A DNA stretch of 64,000 nucleotides from assembly GCA_002269645.1 (NCBI GenBank), contig NIVC01002522.1, positions 1 to 64,000 of the forward strand, written 5' to 3'. Each line of letters starts with the position of its first letter. The first letter of the stretch is position 1. This document shows, piece by piece, positions 1-13,687 of the stretch. Source of the DNA: Macrostomum lignano. Taxonomy: Eukaryota. Below the pieces are notes generated by a model that saw nothing but the letters and a program-made list of their open reading frames with translations, had not been told where the DNA came from and ran no database searches. A program made the position numbers and the translations under genes.

Positions 1-820
1 TGAGCTGATCAACAATGCGTCACTGGACAGACATTGAGCTGATCAACAATGGTCACTGGACAGACATTGAGCTGCATCAACAATAGACACTGGACAGACA
101 TTGAGCTGATCAACAATGGTCACTGGACAGACATTGAGCTGATCAACAATGGTCACTGGACAGACATTGAGCTGATCAACAATAGACACTGGACAGACAT
201 TGAGCTGATCAACAATAGCACTGGACAGACATTGAGCTGATCAACAATAGACACTGGACAGATATTGAGCTGATCAACAATAGACACTGGACAGACATTG
301 AGCTGATCAACAATAGACACTGGACAGACATTGAGCTGATCAACAATGGACACTGGACAGACATTGAGCTGATCAACAATAGACACTGGACAGACATTGA
401 GCTGATCAACAATAGACACTGGACAGATATTGAGCTGATCAACAATAGACACTGGACAGACATTGAGCTGATCAACAATGGTCACTGGACAGACATTGAG
501 CTGATCAACAATGGTCACTGGACAGACATTGAGCTGATCAACAATAGACACTGGACAGACATTGAGCTGATCAACAATGGTCACTGGACAGACATTGAGC
601 TGATCAACAATGGACACTGGACAGATATTGAGCTGATCAACAATAGACACTGGACAGACATTGAGCTGATCAACAATGGACACTGGACAGATATTGAGCT
701 GATCAACAATAGACACTGGACAGACATTGAGCTGATCAACAGTGGTCACTGGACAGACATTGAGCTGATCAACAATAGACACTGGACAGATATTGAGCTG
801 ATTAACAATGGACACTGGAC
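1..820. repeat. 33-bp tandem minisatellite (tgagctgatcaacaatagacactggacagacat), runs off the left edge
   Basis: About 25 near-identical units read directly; explains the VCPVSIVDQLN-type repeat ORFs. Confidence 0.97.
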
Positions 821-3179
821 ACACATAAAGTCTGTTCAAACGACTTAGAGGTCAGGTATTTAAAACAAAGTAACCAAAATTTGTCGATGTTCTGTGTTGA
901 ACTGCTGCAGGCATTCTCATTAGACGCGTAGCTCCATTGAATTGCTGCTCCTGTTGCATTGCATTTCCCTTTTCTCCAACAGCTCTTGACGAGAGCAGCC
1001 AGCGCATGCGGCCCCACTGCGTAGGAGGAAGCGAACGGCCCTCGCATGCGACAGCAGACGACGAGCCGAAGGACGGCTTAAGTCGGCTCTCCGATCCCTT
1101 CCCCTTCCCCATCGGGTGCTTGCGCTACGCACGCCTAAGTTTCATTTCTCTCCTTCACCCTCCCCATTCTCCCCGTCTCTCTTCACTGCACAGCGAATTC
1201 GTTGAGCCATGGAATTCTAGATGCAGCATCTGGAGTGAAAACCTCGGACCCCCATTCTTCTGAGTTTTTTTACATTTTGTCACGACTTTAAAAAGCGCAT
1301 GTGGAAAAAATAAGGATAGCTTCTGTTTGGGTTTATTCAATTTTTAAAGTTGTTTTTTAATTGTTTATGCCAAAATAAACTTCGGTCTGTTAAATTCTAT
1401 GAATTTTATAGCAAAGGCATCGCTGAAAATCTAAAAAAGGCGGCCATATTTGAACAGGAAGAACGTGACTTTTCCTGTTTGCTTCTAATCCAGGTATCTA
1501 GGCCTAGAACTCCATGTCTCCAATGCCGAGGGACTCGGCGCAGACTCAAGGCCCGGCCCAGAAATGAAATTTGAGAGGCCGCGCTGCCAGAGAGTGAGAG
1601 ACGGAGGGGAAGATGCTGATGAAGAGGCTGGAAGAGCGGCAGGGGGCTCGATTTGATTTCCCCCTAACCGGATTTTGCAAAGCCCCCCTTCACCCACTGT
1701 CCCTTGATCGCCCGGCCTGATCAGAGAGACGGAGGCGCCCCATCGCTCTGCTCAGCATGACACTCGAAGGAACGGGACAGAAGCTGTTCCCAGACATTCT
1801 CTTGTCCTTCATTCCCCATTTTGCAGCGCGTGCCGACTCAGAGACCCGGACTGGTGCTCTAACCTAAATTAGGAGTCCAAAAAGAAGTTTCGATCTCTTT
1901 TAAATACCCGTCCCGTTGAGTTTATCGGTCACGTGATCGAAATGGAAAGCTTGACGCGCAGAAGAAACTAAGGGACAAATTTAACAATTAACTTCAAGAT
2001 AATTACTCTAGGCAAAATGTGTGAACTGAATTGGATCTCGAGACCAAGGATAGTGAAGAATTTTAAACAGCCGCGGACTTCGCTGCCTCAGCAAAGAAAG
2101 ACGCAACAGCCGGGAGAATTTTTTTGACATGAACTACATGTATGGTACGTTCAACAACAGCGATCCGCTATTGACATTAGCAGACCTAGACAATGTTCTA
2201 AAATTAACCAACAATTAGTCCTTCAGCCACTATCATTATCTGCCTTCGAAAATGCGAGCCCGCGAAACAGCTAATAGCCGAATAGGTGATCCAATATATT
2301 CATAAGAGGGGTGGACAAGCTTTACGGAGCTATACTGCTCCAAAGTACAAATAGTTCAACAAAACAACCTCAGTCTGTTGCTCTCGCTATGTGAGAGAAA
2401 GGGCCTGTATTAGTATCCATGCAATATGTTACATGAGTTGTCACTCACAAGACTGAGGGCGTTCTATTGGACAGCCTTTGAGCAGTAGCGCTGACGGAGC
2501 ACGGATCAGTCATGCTTCATTGGATCACAATCACTCCTTATTAGGAGAGAGCAGCTACCAACAAAAGCTTCAGTGGGAAAACGTGACCAATCGCAAGTTG
2601 CTTCATTTGATTTCTTGCTTGCAGTTATGAATCGAATAGATAATCCATCCTGAGTTGAATGAAAGAGACATTTAATAGGTTTTATTGTTGTCGTACGTGT
2701 GTCCCAAGCTTCGATACAATTTAATCGTACGCTATCTTTTGAGCCACAATGGACCACTGAAAATACATTGGTTTCCTGTACGTACACAGACTTTGTCCTA
2801 AATGCCCTAATGACTTTCGAGAAAGTTGTATCCGTGACAATTTGAGTGCAGCAGCTCCGACACCTGTCATAATCGACTACCCAGGGCAACACAACACAGC
2901 TTTTTGATCACTAATTAAATAAACAGAAGGTGACAAAGACAAATTTCGGCAACAAATTTCGGATAACTCGCATTTCAAATACATTTATAGCCTAGGCAAG
3001 CATAGGTCGTGGCAGATTTGCGGGGCTGTGAAAGCATATTGTTGCAAAATGTGTTAGTGGCTTGGGCAAGTAGTGACCTTAAGTAAAACGCTATTTAAAG
3101 ACAGTTGACAAGTTCATATAGTTAAAGACAGGGAGGGACAAGAAGCGACAAGGGGAGCGAGTCTGAATTTTCAGGGTTG

Positions 3180-4060
3180 TCAGGGCGGGTGCCTTGGCGT
3201 GAGCAGAGTGATGCAGACGCCCAGCACAACCGCGAATGTGATTATGACCACCAGGACAACAACGATCAGCGCCACGCAACGACGGCGGCGCCCTCTCGAA
3301 CCGGTGTGAATTTCTAGCAGCACCGGCTGATGCTGAAACACATAGCTGTCAAAGCTGTCGCTGCTGTCCGTGCGAATCAAAGCGGACCAGGTCTCTTCCA
3401 GCTGATGGTGCTGCTGCTGCTGCTGCTGCTGTCTGAGACTGTCTGCCAGTTCGCGCGCTCTGTCTGCATCTGCCAGGGGATTCCACGTGGTAGCTGCTGC
3501 AGCAGCTGCGGCTGCTGCCGAGGCCGACATTCGGCCGTGGTGGTGGCCGCCGGGCAGCCGCTGGCCTTCGTGCAGGCCAACAGGGATGGGGCCGCTGGAA
3601 GCGGATGCGCTCTGCTGATCGGTTGCGGGGAACCTCTGCATCAGACGGTGCGTCATCAATAGCAGATCGGCAAAGTAGGCGACAGACTCTACGAGAAGAT
3701 TGAGAGCCTGTTGCTGCTGTTGCTGGTTCTGCTCCTGTTGTTGCTGGTTCTGCTGCTGAAGCTGGTACGCCAGATTTACCTGGTCCCAGGCTCGATTCCG
3801 CAGATTGTGCAAGTCATCCCTGGCCCGTCGGCTGTCGACCGTCGTGCCCAGCTGGCCAAGCAGGCTCTGGTAGAGCGCCAGCAGCAGGCTGAGATCGATA
3901 GCAGAGATCTCAGCGGAGGAGCCGGCCCTCGTCGGGAGCCGCGACGCATAGAAGCTGCTGCTCCAGTTGAAGCGGCAGCCGTGGCTACAGCCGCAGCAGT
4001 GGCAGCAGCAGCCGAGCTGGATGCTCTGGAGGAGCCGATCGGTAGCTTCCTGCCGCCCAT
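3180..4060 (-). CDS. Tail-anchored helical protein, R9AP/R7BP- or syntaxin-N-like; probable 5' frameshift
   Basis: ORF 3180..4112 contains LLALYQSLLGQLGTTVDSRRARDDLHNLRNRA (resembles the first helices of RGS9BP/syntaxin), poly-Q/poly-A tracts and a C-terminal basic patch plus TM helix (RRRRCVALIVVVLVVIITFAVVLGVCITLL). No in-frame ATG precedes the conserved part; an ATG at 4060 opens an Ala-rich N-terminus in another frame. Confidence 0.5.
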
Positions 4061-5132
4061 GCCGCCGCCTCAGCCGCCGGCGCCTCAGCTGTGGCCGTGC
4101 GATCTGCGTCACTAATCGAAGCCTCCGACCGATTGGATTTCTAAGACTTCCTTCTGCACCTTTGCAATGGTCTCAGTCTGGCTGAAGCGATAGCAAAAAT
4201 GTTCACTCTTCAAGTGCGCTTCATCTTATAAGTCATCGCCTCTCTTAAACATCGCTATAATCACAGTCGCTCTCATATTCGTCGCGTTTGAGCTCCCCTA
4301 TACTGAGGCGTGGAAAAGCACAAGAGGAGGCTGTAGGGGAAGACATGGGAGAACAGGGGGAGGGGTGGGGTGGGAAGAACTCCGCCTCATCGTCTACTCG
4401 CCCGTCGCAGCGGTGTGGGGGACTGAGATGGCAGCAATGGAGGGGAAGGGGAGGGGCGATGGAGAAAGAAAGAAGGAGCGGGAGCAGCAACTAGGAGGTC
4501 AGAGTAATGGTGCGACTCTGCCGGGGTGGGGTGGCGGGATGGAAGTGAAACACGGCCTCCCGTCCCGCCGAGCCTTGCATCAGCCTTCGCACACACACGG
4601 GCTGGCGGAGACAGAGAGAGGGAGGGGGGCATTCGGGGAGACAGCGATCTTTCTCTCTCCAATTGCGGCTGCGGGGACACCGCCGCGCCTCCTCGCCCAC
4701 CCCCTCGTCCGCGAGCATCGAGCCAGCGGACTGGGATGGTAGAAGTAGGCGTGAGAGATTACGGAACAGAGATGAAAAAGGATGGGAATAGGAGTGATAG
4801 GGCGGGAGAGACTATTGGGGCGACTCATTTTGAGAAATCGAGAGTAGGGATGCGGCCGAAAATAAAATAATATCCCGCAATCAGGATTAGCTGTGGTTCT
4901 CGTCTAGTGGGCTGCGCCGTCCACTCTGATATTCTCCCCCCCCCCGCCGTGGCCGTATCCCGAGCTGAAATCTCAGCCCCTAGCTCATGTCTTTTCCTCG
5001 TCGCGCGTGCACCGCTCACCTGGCGGGGTAGAATCACCTGTTTGAGTAATTAGTTTTACTGCACAGTAGCCCAGATGGACAGGTGAAACGGATGGCTTTG
5101 CTAGGCTTCTTTGCAGTGTCTGAGATGCCACG

Positions 5133-5660
5133 GAGCTCTGCTTGTGTCCCCTGTGAGCGATGTGTGTCAGTCTAAACTCTGCTTTTGTCCCCTGTGAGCT
5201 ATATGTGTCAGTCTGAGCTCTGCTTGTGTCACTTGTGAGCGATGTGTGTCAGTCTGAGCTCTGCTTGTGTCACTTGTGAGCGATGTGTGTCAGTCTGAGC
5301 TCTGTTTGTGTCACTTGTGAGCGATGTGTGTCAGTCTGAGCTCTGCTTGTGTCACTTGTGAGCGATGTGTGTCAGTCTGAGCTCTGTTTGTGTCACTTGT
5401 GAGCGATGTGTGTCAGTCTGAGCTCTGCTTGTGTCACTTGTGAGCGATGTGTGTCAGTCTGAGCTCTGCTTGTGTTACTTGTGAGCGATGCCGTGTGTCA
5501 GTCTTGTGTCACTTATGAGTGATGCCGTGTGTCAGTCTTGTGTCACTTATGAGTGATGCCGTGTGTCAGTCTTGTGTCACTTATGAGTGATGCCGTGTGT
5601 CAGTCTTGTGTCACTTATGAGTGATGCCGTGTGTCAGTCTTGTGTCACTTGTGAGTAATT
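5133..5660. repeat. Tandem minisatellite, 41-bp unit switching to a 34-bp derivative
   Basis: gagctctgcttgtgtcacttgtgagcgatgtgtgtcagtct repeated, then tgtgtcacttatgagtgatgccgtgtgtcagtct from about 5490. Confidence 0.95.
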
Positions 5661-6074
5661 CCGTGTGCCACCTCGTCTGGCCAATTATTTTTTTATTATT
5701 AAAAAATTTGTTAGCTCTGCTTGGTCAGGAAATTCCGGCTTCCCGACTTCGGTAGAGGGACGAGGATAACAAATCAGCGTTGCATCCGGAGGTTTTGGGT
5801 GTCCCCATGGGTGCGAGGTCTCCAGGGCCCTGTCGGTTCAGTCAGTCAATCAACCTCCTGCCGGCATATGGGAGAAATTCATAACCGGGCCTTTTGGGAA
5901 ATTTCCTAGTCAGGGTAGCTTCCCAATTTCAATACTGGTCTGGTTACTTGAAACCCTGCTGCTCGAAAAAAAGTGCTCCGGATTTTTGAGAACTCTAAAT
6001 TTTGGGGCAGGAGATCACTCGTTACAGAACTGGACTCACCTTTTTTTCTATATTTAGCATGGACTGTTAATGAG

Positions 6075-7605
<1,531 letters not shown>

Positions 7606-9203
7606 AAGGTATCTATGGGATAAATAAGAGAAAAAATCCATATACCTAATTTACTCAAAGTTAAAAGAACAACATGTAATACCCACTTAAATAATGTCTG
7701 GAGAATATTGATGATATAGCATTTCGGAACTTTAGATTCATCAAGGATCTTTAGGGTGTCATAAACGACAGCCAGTACACAGGCTTCTCAGATCATTACT
7801 AATTACGAGTAATTTGCATAGCATGGCTACACAAGTGCCATATTTTAATTACTCTTTTGGTCAATTGCAATGAATTTTCAACTCTAGTTATAGACTACGT
7901 ACGAGCTAGATGGTATGTCCCTTGCAAAGATACTACTGAGCTACTCTCAGTTTAGTAGCATCATCGCCATCTCACTGCCTTTCGACAAGTTAATTTTTAT
8001 CAACGAATTTTCATTCAAAACGTACTACTAACAATGAAAAATTAGGTATGAGTATATTGTTAAACATACATGATTGACATTGGCCTTGTAATAGGCATTA
8101 AAAATTAAACCTGCAGCCGAAAGTAGCCCATGTACATAATCTTTCTGTATTTACCTTTATTTTTATACTTTCTAAAATTAAAGTTAACTTTCTATACATA
8201 TCGGCACGAAGCGATTAAGCCTCAAACGTGAAACTTTGCCAACTTCATCAAATATCATTCATAATGATTGTCATGACAGATAGTTGCAAAACAAAGCAAA
8301 AAACTAGGGCCCAGCTGCCTCACAGCTACCTTCCCATTTCTCGACCGCCGCGTACTCACACGGCCTTCATCGAATCGAGCAGCCTGGAGCCTCACATTCT
8401 CTGTTCCACGGGAATGCGGCATGACCACTGAGCTGGGCCCGCTGATAGACTGATGCCCTTTATTTTAACTATAAACTGATAGGCTGTTTTTCTGTCTGCC
8501 CCCTCGCCACTAAATGTACATTCCACCCATCCAGCACCCCTTAAATGCACGTCTTACCACCCGCTCCGCAATGTACATTTCCTGCCCTCTCTCAGCCACT
8601 AGGCCACTAATTGGGGCCAAAATAAAATGAATTACCCTTGGAGGCCCAGTTTATCTGATATCACTACATATTAAAACTTCATCTGTAAGAGGCATTGTCT
8701 GTTTCTTCTCTACGAGTACGAGTAATTCGAATAGCTAGAAAAAGTTTCAAAGTACACTGAAATCATTAATTCAAATTAGTCCACCTTTTCTTTTGATGAA
8801 GAATCTAATTCACCTATTCAAAAAGCAGTTATTGTTATAGGCTCTTCGTAGCTTTAAGTAACTACTTTGAATGAATTTACTTGATGTGTAGACAACTGCA
8901 TCAAGTTTACGAATAACACTCGCACTACTCTACTCGTTATTGTCAGTAGACTGGATTTTATAGTGCCATGGCACAATTCATGCGCGCAAGTTCATGAAGA
9001 CATGCCTTCACTTTTGCCTACCATAAATTTGCCGGCGACCCAAACCTTAACGAAGATCTGAACCGTAACCGTAACTTAAACCCCCGACTCTAACTAATTC
9101 AAATAGTGGCAGTCAAAAGTCGAGAAACTCTATAGGGCGGAGTTTTCTTATTGATTTCAAATCCAGGAAGTGTGTTTTCTATACATATCGGATTAATGCA
9201 CAC

Positions 9204-9371
9204 TCAGACACTCGGTGAACTCAGCCTGGCAAACGCCGAGTTTACCGCTTCAACTCTGCGCCGCTCCCTGGCGTTCCTCTTTGCCACCATCATCGGCGTC
9301 TTCACTTTCGTCTCGTCGCCGCTGCCGCCATCAAAGATCTTCATGGTGTCTTTAACGACTTCATGGCACAT
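9204..9371 (-). CDS. Achaete-scute/HLH-4-like bHLH transcription factor, basic region plus helix 1 only (partial)
   Basis: Minus strand reads MCHEVVKDTMKIFDGGSGDETKVKTPMMVAKRNARERRRVEAVNSAFARLSSPSV*. VAKRNARERRRVEAVNSAFARL fits the group A bHLH basic/helix-1 consensus. Only 55 aa, so absent from the ORF track. Helix 2 was not located. Confidence 0.7.
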   Translation of the reverse strand: MCHEVVKDTMKIFDGGSGDETKVKTPMMVAKRNARERRRVEAVNSAFARLSSPSV

Positions 9372-9470
9372 CAAGGATCTTCATGGTGTCTTTAACGACT
9401 TCATGGCACATCAAGGATCTTCATGGTGTCTTTAGCAACTTCATAGCACATCAGGGATCTTTCTGGCGTC
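9335..9470. repeat. 40-bp tandem repeat (3-4 copies) overlapping the 5' end of the bHLH ORF
   Basis: aaggatcttcatggtgtctttaacgacttcatggcacatc units. Confidence 0.85.
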
Positions 9471-9802
9471 TATAAAAACTCCATGGTACCACAAAAATCT
9501 CCGTGAAGTCCTTAAGAACTCCATGGAACCTCAGGGTCATCACGGAACCAGTACTCGTGGACTGAACTTATCGGTTTTGCTGTCTGTCGTCTTGCTGACT
9601 TCTAATTGGACCGCGGTGGCTGATAGCTTGGATTGACTAGATAGCAGATAAGAGAGGGGAGTTCAGAAACACAGAAAAGCGCATTTAAGCTTGGGAATTA
9701 GACAGCTGAGACTTCTCACAACTCAGTGAATCAATAGATCCGAGAATTTGGCGGTAAGTTAGTTTGATTTTTTCAAAATCAACACTTAGCTCGGCAAAGT
9801 TC

Positions 9803-9957
9803 TGCCAGCCTCCTAGATCTAGCTTTATCAGTGGCTTCATACAGCCTCCAAGATCTAGCTTCATCAGTGGCTTCAACCAGCCTCTTAGATCTAGCTTCAT
9901 CAGTGGCTTCAACCAGCCTCTTAGATCTAGCTTCATTAGTCTTCTCCCAAACCTCTA
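9803..9957. repeat. 39-bp tandem repeat (about 4 copies)
   Basis: agatctagcttcatcagtggcttcaaccagcctctt-type units; reads EATDEARSKRLV on the minus strand. Confidence 0.85.
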
Positions 9958-10142
9958 GTCCCGCCCCATCAACTGGTACATTCGCACCTGCTCTCCCCCT
10001 AGCAACTGTTGCCATGGTCAGAGGCGGCACAGGCGGTCGAATCCGATTCCGCGCGGCCAAGACGGGCCACGCGACCAACCCGCACGATGAGCTGGGCCTC
10101 AGACGCAACACCAGCTGGTTTAACACTCTGAACAGCGGCTGT

Positions 10143-10153
10143 TTTTATAGAAG
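10143..10153. promoter_or_regulatory. Candidate bidirectional TATA element between the bHLH locus (-) and the GPCR (+)
   Basis: gtttttatagaag reads TATAAAAA on the minus strand and TATAGAAG on the plus strand, about 50 nt upstream of the GPCR ATG (10200). Confidence 0.35.
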
Positions 10154-10199
10154 CCGGACGAGGCTGTGCCCCAGCCGCCTGACAGATTTCAACTGCGTC

Positions 10200-13100
10200 A
10201 TGTGGACCGAGGCGGCTGATGAAGAGTTGCCAGTTCCGGCTTCCGGTGAGACTGCAGTTCTCCAGTTTCCAAGGACTACTAGCAGGCATGGGCAGGGACA
10301 TTTATTTCCTCAGTGTTTTAGAGAGGACATGCTCTTACAAAAATATCCTCGAGGTGCCACTAAGTTCTTAAAAGGTTTTGAGAGGTTTTCTTAAAGGAAC
10401 TGGCATCATGATACTGACAGAAAAAAGGTCCAGGTAAATTATAGTAATACAAACAGATTTTCAGGTCTCCGGTCGGTTGCAGAATTGGATAATAGGATGT
10501 GCATGAATCATCAGAGTGATAAATGAGTAGCTCTTCTCCCCTGCACCCGTCTGTCGGAGCTTATATTGCACTCTGTTAGCCCATTTTTTCCAGCTATATT
10601 GTCCGTATCAATCTGAGCTCCAATCAATCTGATCCAGGAAGCATGCACTGGGAATACATCGGTAATTCTGACGAATCCTCCTCATGGGACTAATGAAAAC
10701 AGTATTGAGCAAACCGTAACGTAATTGCGTGGGCAGTTCATCTGCAATCTATCTTCTTCCCACTGAAACTCCGAAGTCTGAAGGACACTGTCTGAAGGAC
10801 ACTGTCTGAAGGACACTGTCTGAAGGACACTGTCTGAAGGACACTGTCTGAAGGACACTGTCTGAAGGACACTGTCTGAAGGACACTGTCTGAAGGACAC
10901 TGTCTGAAGGACACTGTCTGAAGGACACTGTCTGAAGGACACTGTCTGAAGGACACTGTCTGAAGGACACTGTCTGAAGGACACTGTCTGAAGGACACTG
11001 TCTGAAGGACACTGTCTGAAGGACACTGTCTGAAGGACACTGTCTGAAGGACACTGTCTGAAGGACACTGTCTGAAGGACACTGTCTGAAGGACACTGTC
11101 TGAAGGACACTGTCTGAAGGACACTGTCTGAAGGACACTGTCTGAAGGACACTGTCTGAAGGACACTGTCTGAAGGACACTGTCTGAAGGACACTGTCTG
11201 AAGGACACTGTCTGAAGGACACTGTCTGAAGGACACTGTCTGAAGGACACTGTCTGAAGGACACTGTCTGAAGGACACTGTCTGAAGGACACTGTCTGAA
11301 GGACACTGTCTGAAGGACACTGTCTGAAGGACACTGTCTGAAGGACACTGTCTGAAGGACACTGTCTGAAGGACACTGTCTGAAGGACACTGTCTGAAGG
11401 ACACTGTCTGAAGGACACTGTCTGAAGGACACTGTCTGAAGGACACTGTCTGAAGGACACTGTCTGAAGGACACTGTCTGAAGGTTTTCCCTTGCAATCG
11501 CACAGCCGCAGGATCGAAGAATGCCACGGCATCATCAGGCTCGATGCCACCGGTGCCCGACACCCAGGGCCTCAGCCCTGATCAGCTGCAGCCGCTCTGC
11601 TCGGCAGACTTCGCCTCAGAGCGCCTCCTGACGGCCAGCTGCGTCTTGGCGCCACTGCTGCTGCTGTGTGGCAGCTGCCTGAACTGCCTCTGTTGCCGGA
11701 TGATGCTGGTCTACAGCAGAAGACAGCTGCCCGTCTGCTTGTACTTGGCTTTGCTCGCTGGACTGGACACCGCCCTGCTCTGGCTGCGATTCCTCGACCT
11801 CTGGCTGCAGGCCGCCTTTGACATTAAGCTGCTACTCACGCTGGCTGTTATGGACGAGTCCACGTGCCAGCTGCTCAACATGCTCTACTCGACCCTGTTG
11901 CAATTAAAGGCCGGCATTCAGGTCCGTGACCTAGCCTACATACAACTACAGTCCAGACCGATCCCTAGACAACACCAACCCCTAGACTACACCAACCCCT
12001 AGACTACACCAACCCCTAGACTACCCAACACCTAGACTACACCAACCCCTAGACTACACCAACCCCTAGACTACACCAACCCCTAGACTACACCAACCCC
12101 TAGACTACACCAACCCCTAGACTACACCAACCCCTAGACTACACCAACCCCTAGACTACACCAACCCCTAGACTACACCAACCCCTAGACTACACCAACC
12201 CCTAGACTGCACCAACCCCTAGACTACACCAACCCCTAGACTACACCAACCCCTAGACTACACCAACCCCTAGACTACACCAACCCCTAGACTACACCAA
12301 CCCCTAGACTACACCAACCCCTAGACTACACCAACCCCTAGACTACACCAACCCTAGACTACACCAACCCCTAGACTACACCAACCCCTAGACTACACCA
12401 ACCCCTAGACTACACCAACCCCTAGACTACACCAACCCCTAGACTACACCAACCCCTAGACTACGCCGACACCTAGACTACACCAACCCCTAGACTACAC
12501 CAACCCCTAGACTACACCAACCCCTAGACTACACCAACCCCTAGACTGCACCAACCCCTAGACTACACCAACCCCTAGACTACACCAACCCCTAGACTAC
12601 ACCAACCCCTAGACTACACCAACCCCTAGACTACACCAACCCCTAGACTACACCAACCCCTAGACTACACCAACCCCTAGACTACACCAACCCCTAGACT
12701 ACACCAACCCCTAGACTACACCAACCCCTAGACTACACCAACCCCTAGACTACACCAACCCCTAGACTACGCCGACACCTACATTTAGACTGTACTAGAC
12801 TCTATAACACACCAACTACTAGACTACACCAGTGCCTTTATACCCAGCCGGCACAAAGCCGACCCCATCAATGCTTGCAGGTGTCGCTGGCAATCGACAC
12901 CACGCGGCTGATCCGCCAGCCGGTGTCCCAGCTGCACCGCTACACATCAGAATGGGTGAAGAACAGCGTCATTCTGGCCTTCGTGCTGGTGCTGCTGCTG
13001 AACGGTCATCATCTTTGGACGCTGACGGTAGTCAAGGTGAACAGCGTCCCAGGAGAGGCAGAGGGCGCTCTGTACTGCGGCTGGACCCAGCGCTGGCCAA

Positions 13101-13687
13101 TCACAGAGCAGTTCGCAGTGTGGATCTGGCCAATCAGCGACCTGCTGTTAGGTGACATTCTCCCCGCGGCCATCGTCACCCTCTGCTGCCTGGTCGGAGT
13201 GGCCAGCGGCGGCCTCCGTCGATTCCGAGCCGGTCTGGCCTATTACGTAATCGACGCGGAGCTGCACTGCGACATTCGGCGCGGCGTGCTGGCCTGCTGC
13301 GCCGGCTTCGTGGCGCTGGGCCTCCCGGCGCTTGGCCGTGGAGTCTCGTTGCGCGCTGTCTTCCTCGCCAAGCAGCTGCGGCAAGCCGAGCATCCGGCGA
13401 GTCGACGTGGTCCGCTGGCGACCGGCTGGCCAGCCAGTGAGGACTCGGAGGCTGAGCTCTTCATTGTTCGGATTTGCTCGGGTCTGCAGATGCTCGCCAG
13501 CCCGCTGCTGCTGCTCGCCAGCGTGGCCAGCTTCCGCCGGGACTGCCGCGCTGCGCTGGCCGCTGCCGCCGACGCCGCTGTGGGCATCGTCGGGCAACTC
13601 GGCCGCTGCTGCTGGATGGGGCGGAAGGAATCGAAGCCTCCCGTAAGACGCCCAGTCCAGAGTTCGCTGGTTGAATCGTCCATTTAA
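10200..13687 (+). CDS. Divergent class A (rhodopsin-like) GPCR, FMRFamide/peptide-receptor-like orphan, about 420 aa
   Basis: Exons 10200-10245 (donor g|gtgaga, least certain exon), 11512-11921 (cag|gtccgt) and 12881-13687 (ttgcag|GTG) join in frame. Seven hydrophobic segments, an N-terminal NAT sequon, Cys at the top of TM3 (DESTCQ) and in ECL2 (LYCGW), TM5 DILPAAIV, helix-8 SFRRD. Confidence 0.8.
10776..11484. repeat. 14-bp perfect tandem repeat (gtctgaaggacact) in GPCR intron 1
   Basis: About 50 identical units ending about 28 nt before the 11511 acceptor. Confidence 0.98.
11963..12830. repeat. 17-bp tandem repeat (tagactacaccaacccc) filling GPCR intron 2
   Basis: Direct reading, about 48 units. 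Confidence 0.97.

Noticed and set aside
1-820. CRISPR-like appearance of regularly spaced 30-40 bp repeats (also 43410-44270, 59153-59615)
   Set aside because: Units are head-to-tail with no unique spacers, there are no cas genes, and the context is eukaryotic.
2506-2892. 128-aa ORF (and 39879-40211, 52001-52249)
   Set aside because: No recognisable motifs, codon style unlike the GC-rich exons, no splice partners found.
8290-8440. GC-rich patch as the missing bHLH helix-2 exon
   Set aside because: All three minus-strand frames lack the SK..L..A..YI helix-2 pattern.
10682-11563. Minus-strand ORFs (SFRQCPSDSVLQTV)n and similar at 14633-15209, 18346-19064, 37206-38073
   Set aside because: Products of intronic or intergenic tandem arrays; the opposite or overlapping frame carries the real genes.
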